Position numbers and translations under genes: made by a program. Source: Psilocybe cubensis (Eukaryota). Taken from it: a DNA stretch of 64,000 nucleotides. The notes under the pieces were generated by a model. It saw only the letters and a list, made by a program, of their open reading frames with translations, made no database searches and was not told the origin of the DNA. The stretch's first letter is position 1, and the number at the start of each line of letters is the position of its first letter. The stretch lies in NCBI GenBank assembly GCA_017499595.2, contig CM039001.1:1116001-1180000 (forward strand), read 5' to 3'. Positions 63,826 through 64,000 of the stretch are shown in pieces.

Positions 63826-64000
63826 GTGTTTTGAAAGAGGTAGTGGTGAGAAGGAGGAGGTGGAGGTGAACAAGTCACTTGTGACAGGTCACCCTGGCCG
63901 CCAAATTCGTATTTGCTCATGTTTACTCTGATGGCTCTTAGGGGCGCGTTGATCGGCTATGGGCTACGAGTCGCTGACTTGGTCAGACAACTCTCCACTC

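Noticed and set aside
1-64000. tRNA, rRNA, transposase/RT genes, secondary-metabolite cluster
   Set aside because: No cloverleaf, rRNA sequence, transposon domain, terminal repeats or biosynthetic backbone enzyme recognised by eye; tRNAscan-SE and RepeatMasker were not run

Overview
Gene-dense, intron-rich eukaryotic DNA with short (mostly ~50-60 nt) GT-AG introns. The gene families point to an Agaricomycete basidiomycete, probably Agaricales; this is inferred and the species was not determined. I reconstruct 29 protein-coding genes by joining ORF fragments across introns by eye, so exon boundaries are manual. Most are housekeeping: MTD1 (partial), PP1 inhibitor-2, UPRT, RRP8, DNA2, STEEP1-like, AVO2-like, a sucrose-type MFS transporter, DPH6, both cytosolic PheRS subunits, EMC10, BSD2, PRM10, PEX2, importin-11, SLX4, MET7, EFR3, NSP1 and PRP5. 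Accessory or orphan genes are interspersed: a HerA/FtsK-type ATPase next to DUF952, an intronless GNAT, a 13-exon 7TM-like gene, a stand-alone BRCT protein, a secreted aldose 1-epimerase and a WW-like membrane protein. The main signals not shown by the ORF track are: (1) a snR40-like box C/D snoRNA in an intron of an unannotated spliced minus-strand host transcript head-to-head with EFR3; (2) PheRS alpha and beta genes only ~10.7 kb apart; (3) MCB (ACGCGT) elements upstream of DNA2 and SLX4; (4) a vertebrate-like UBZ zinc finger in the SLX4-like protein. No transposon, tRNA, rRNA or CRISPR array was recognised.
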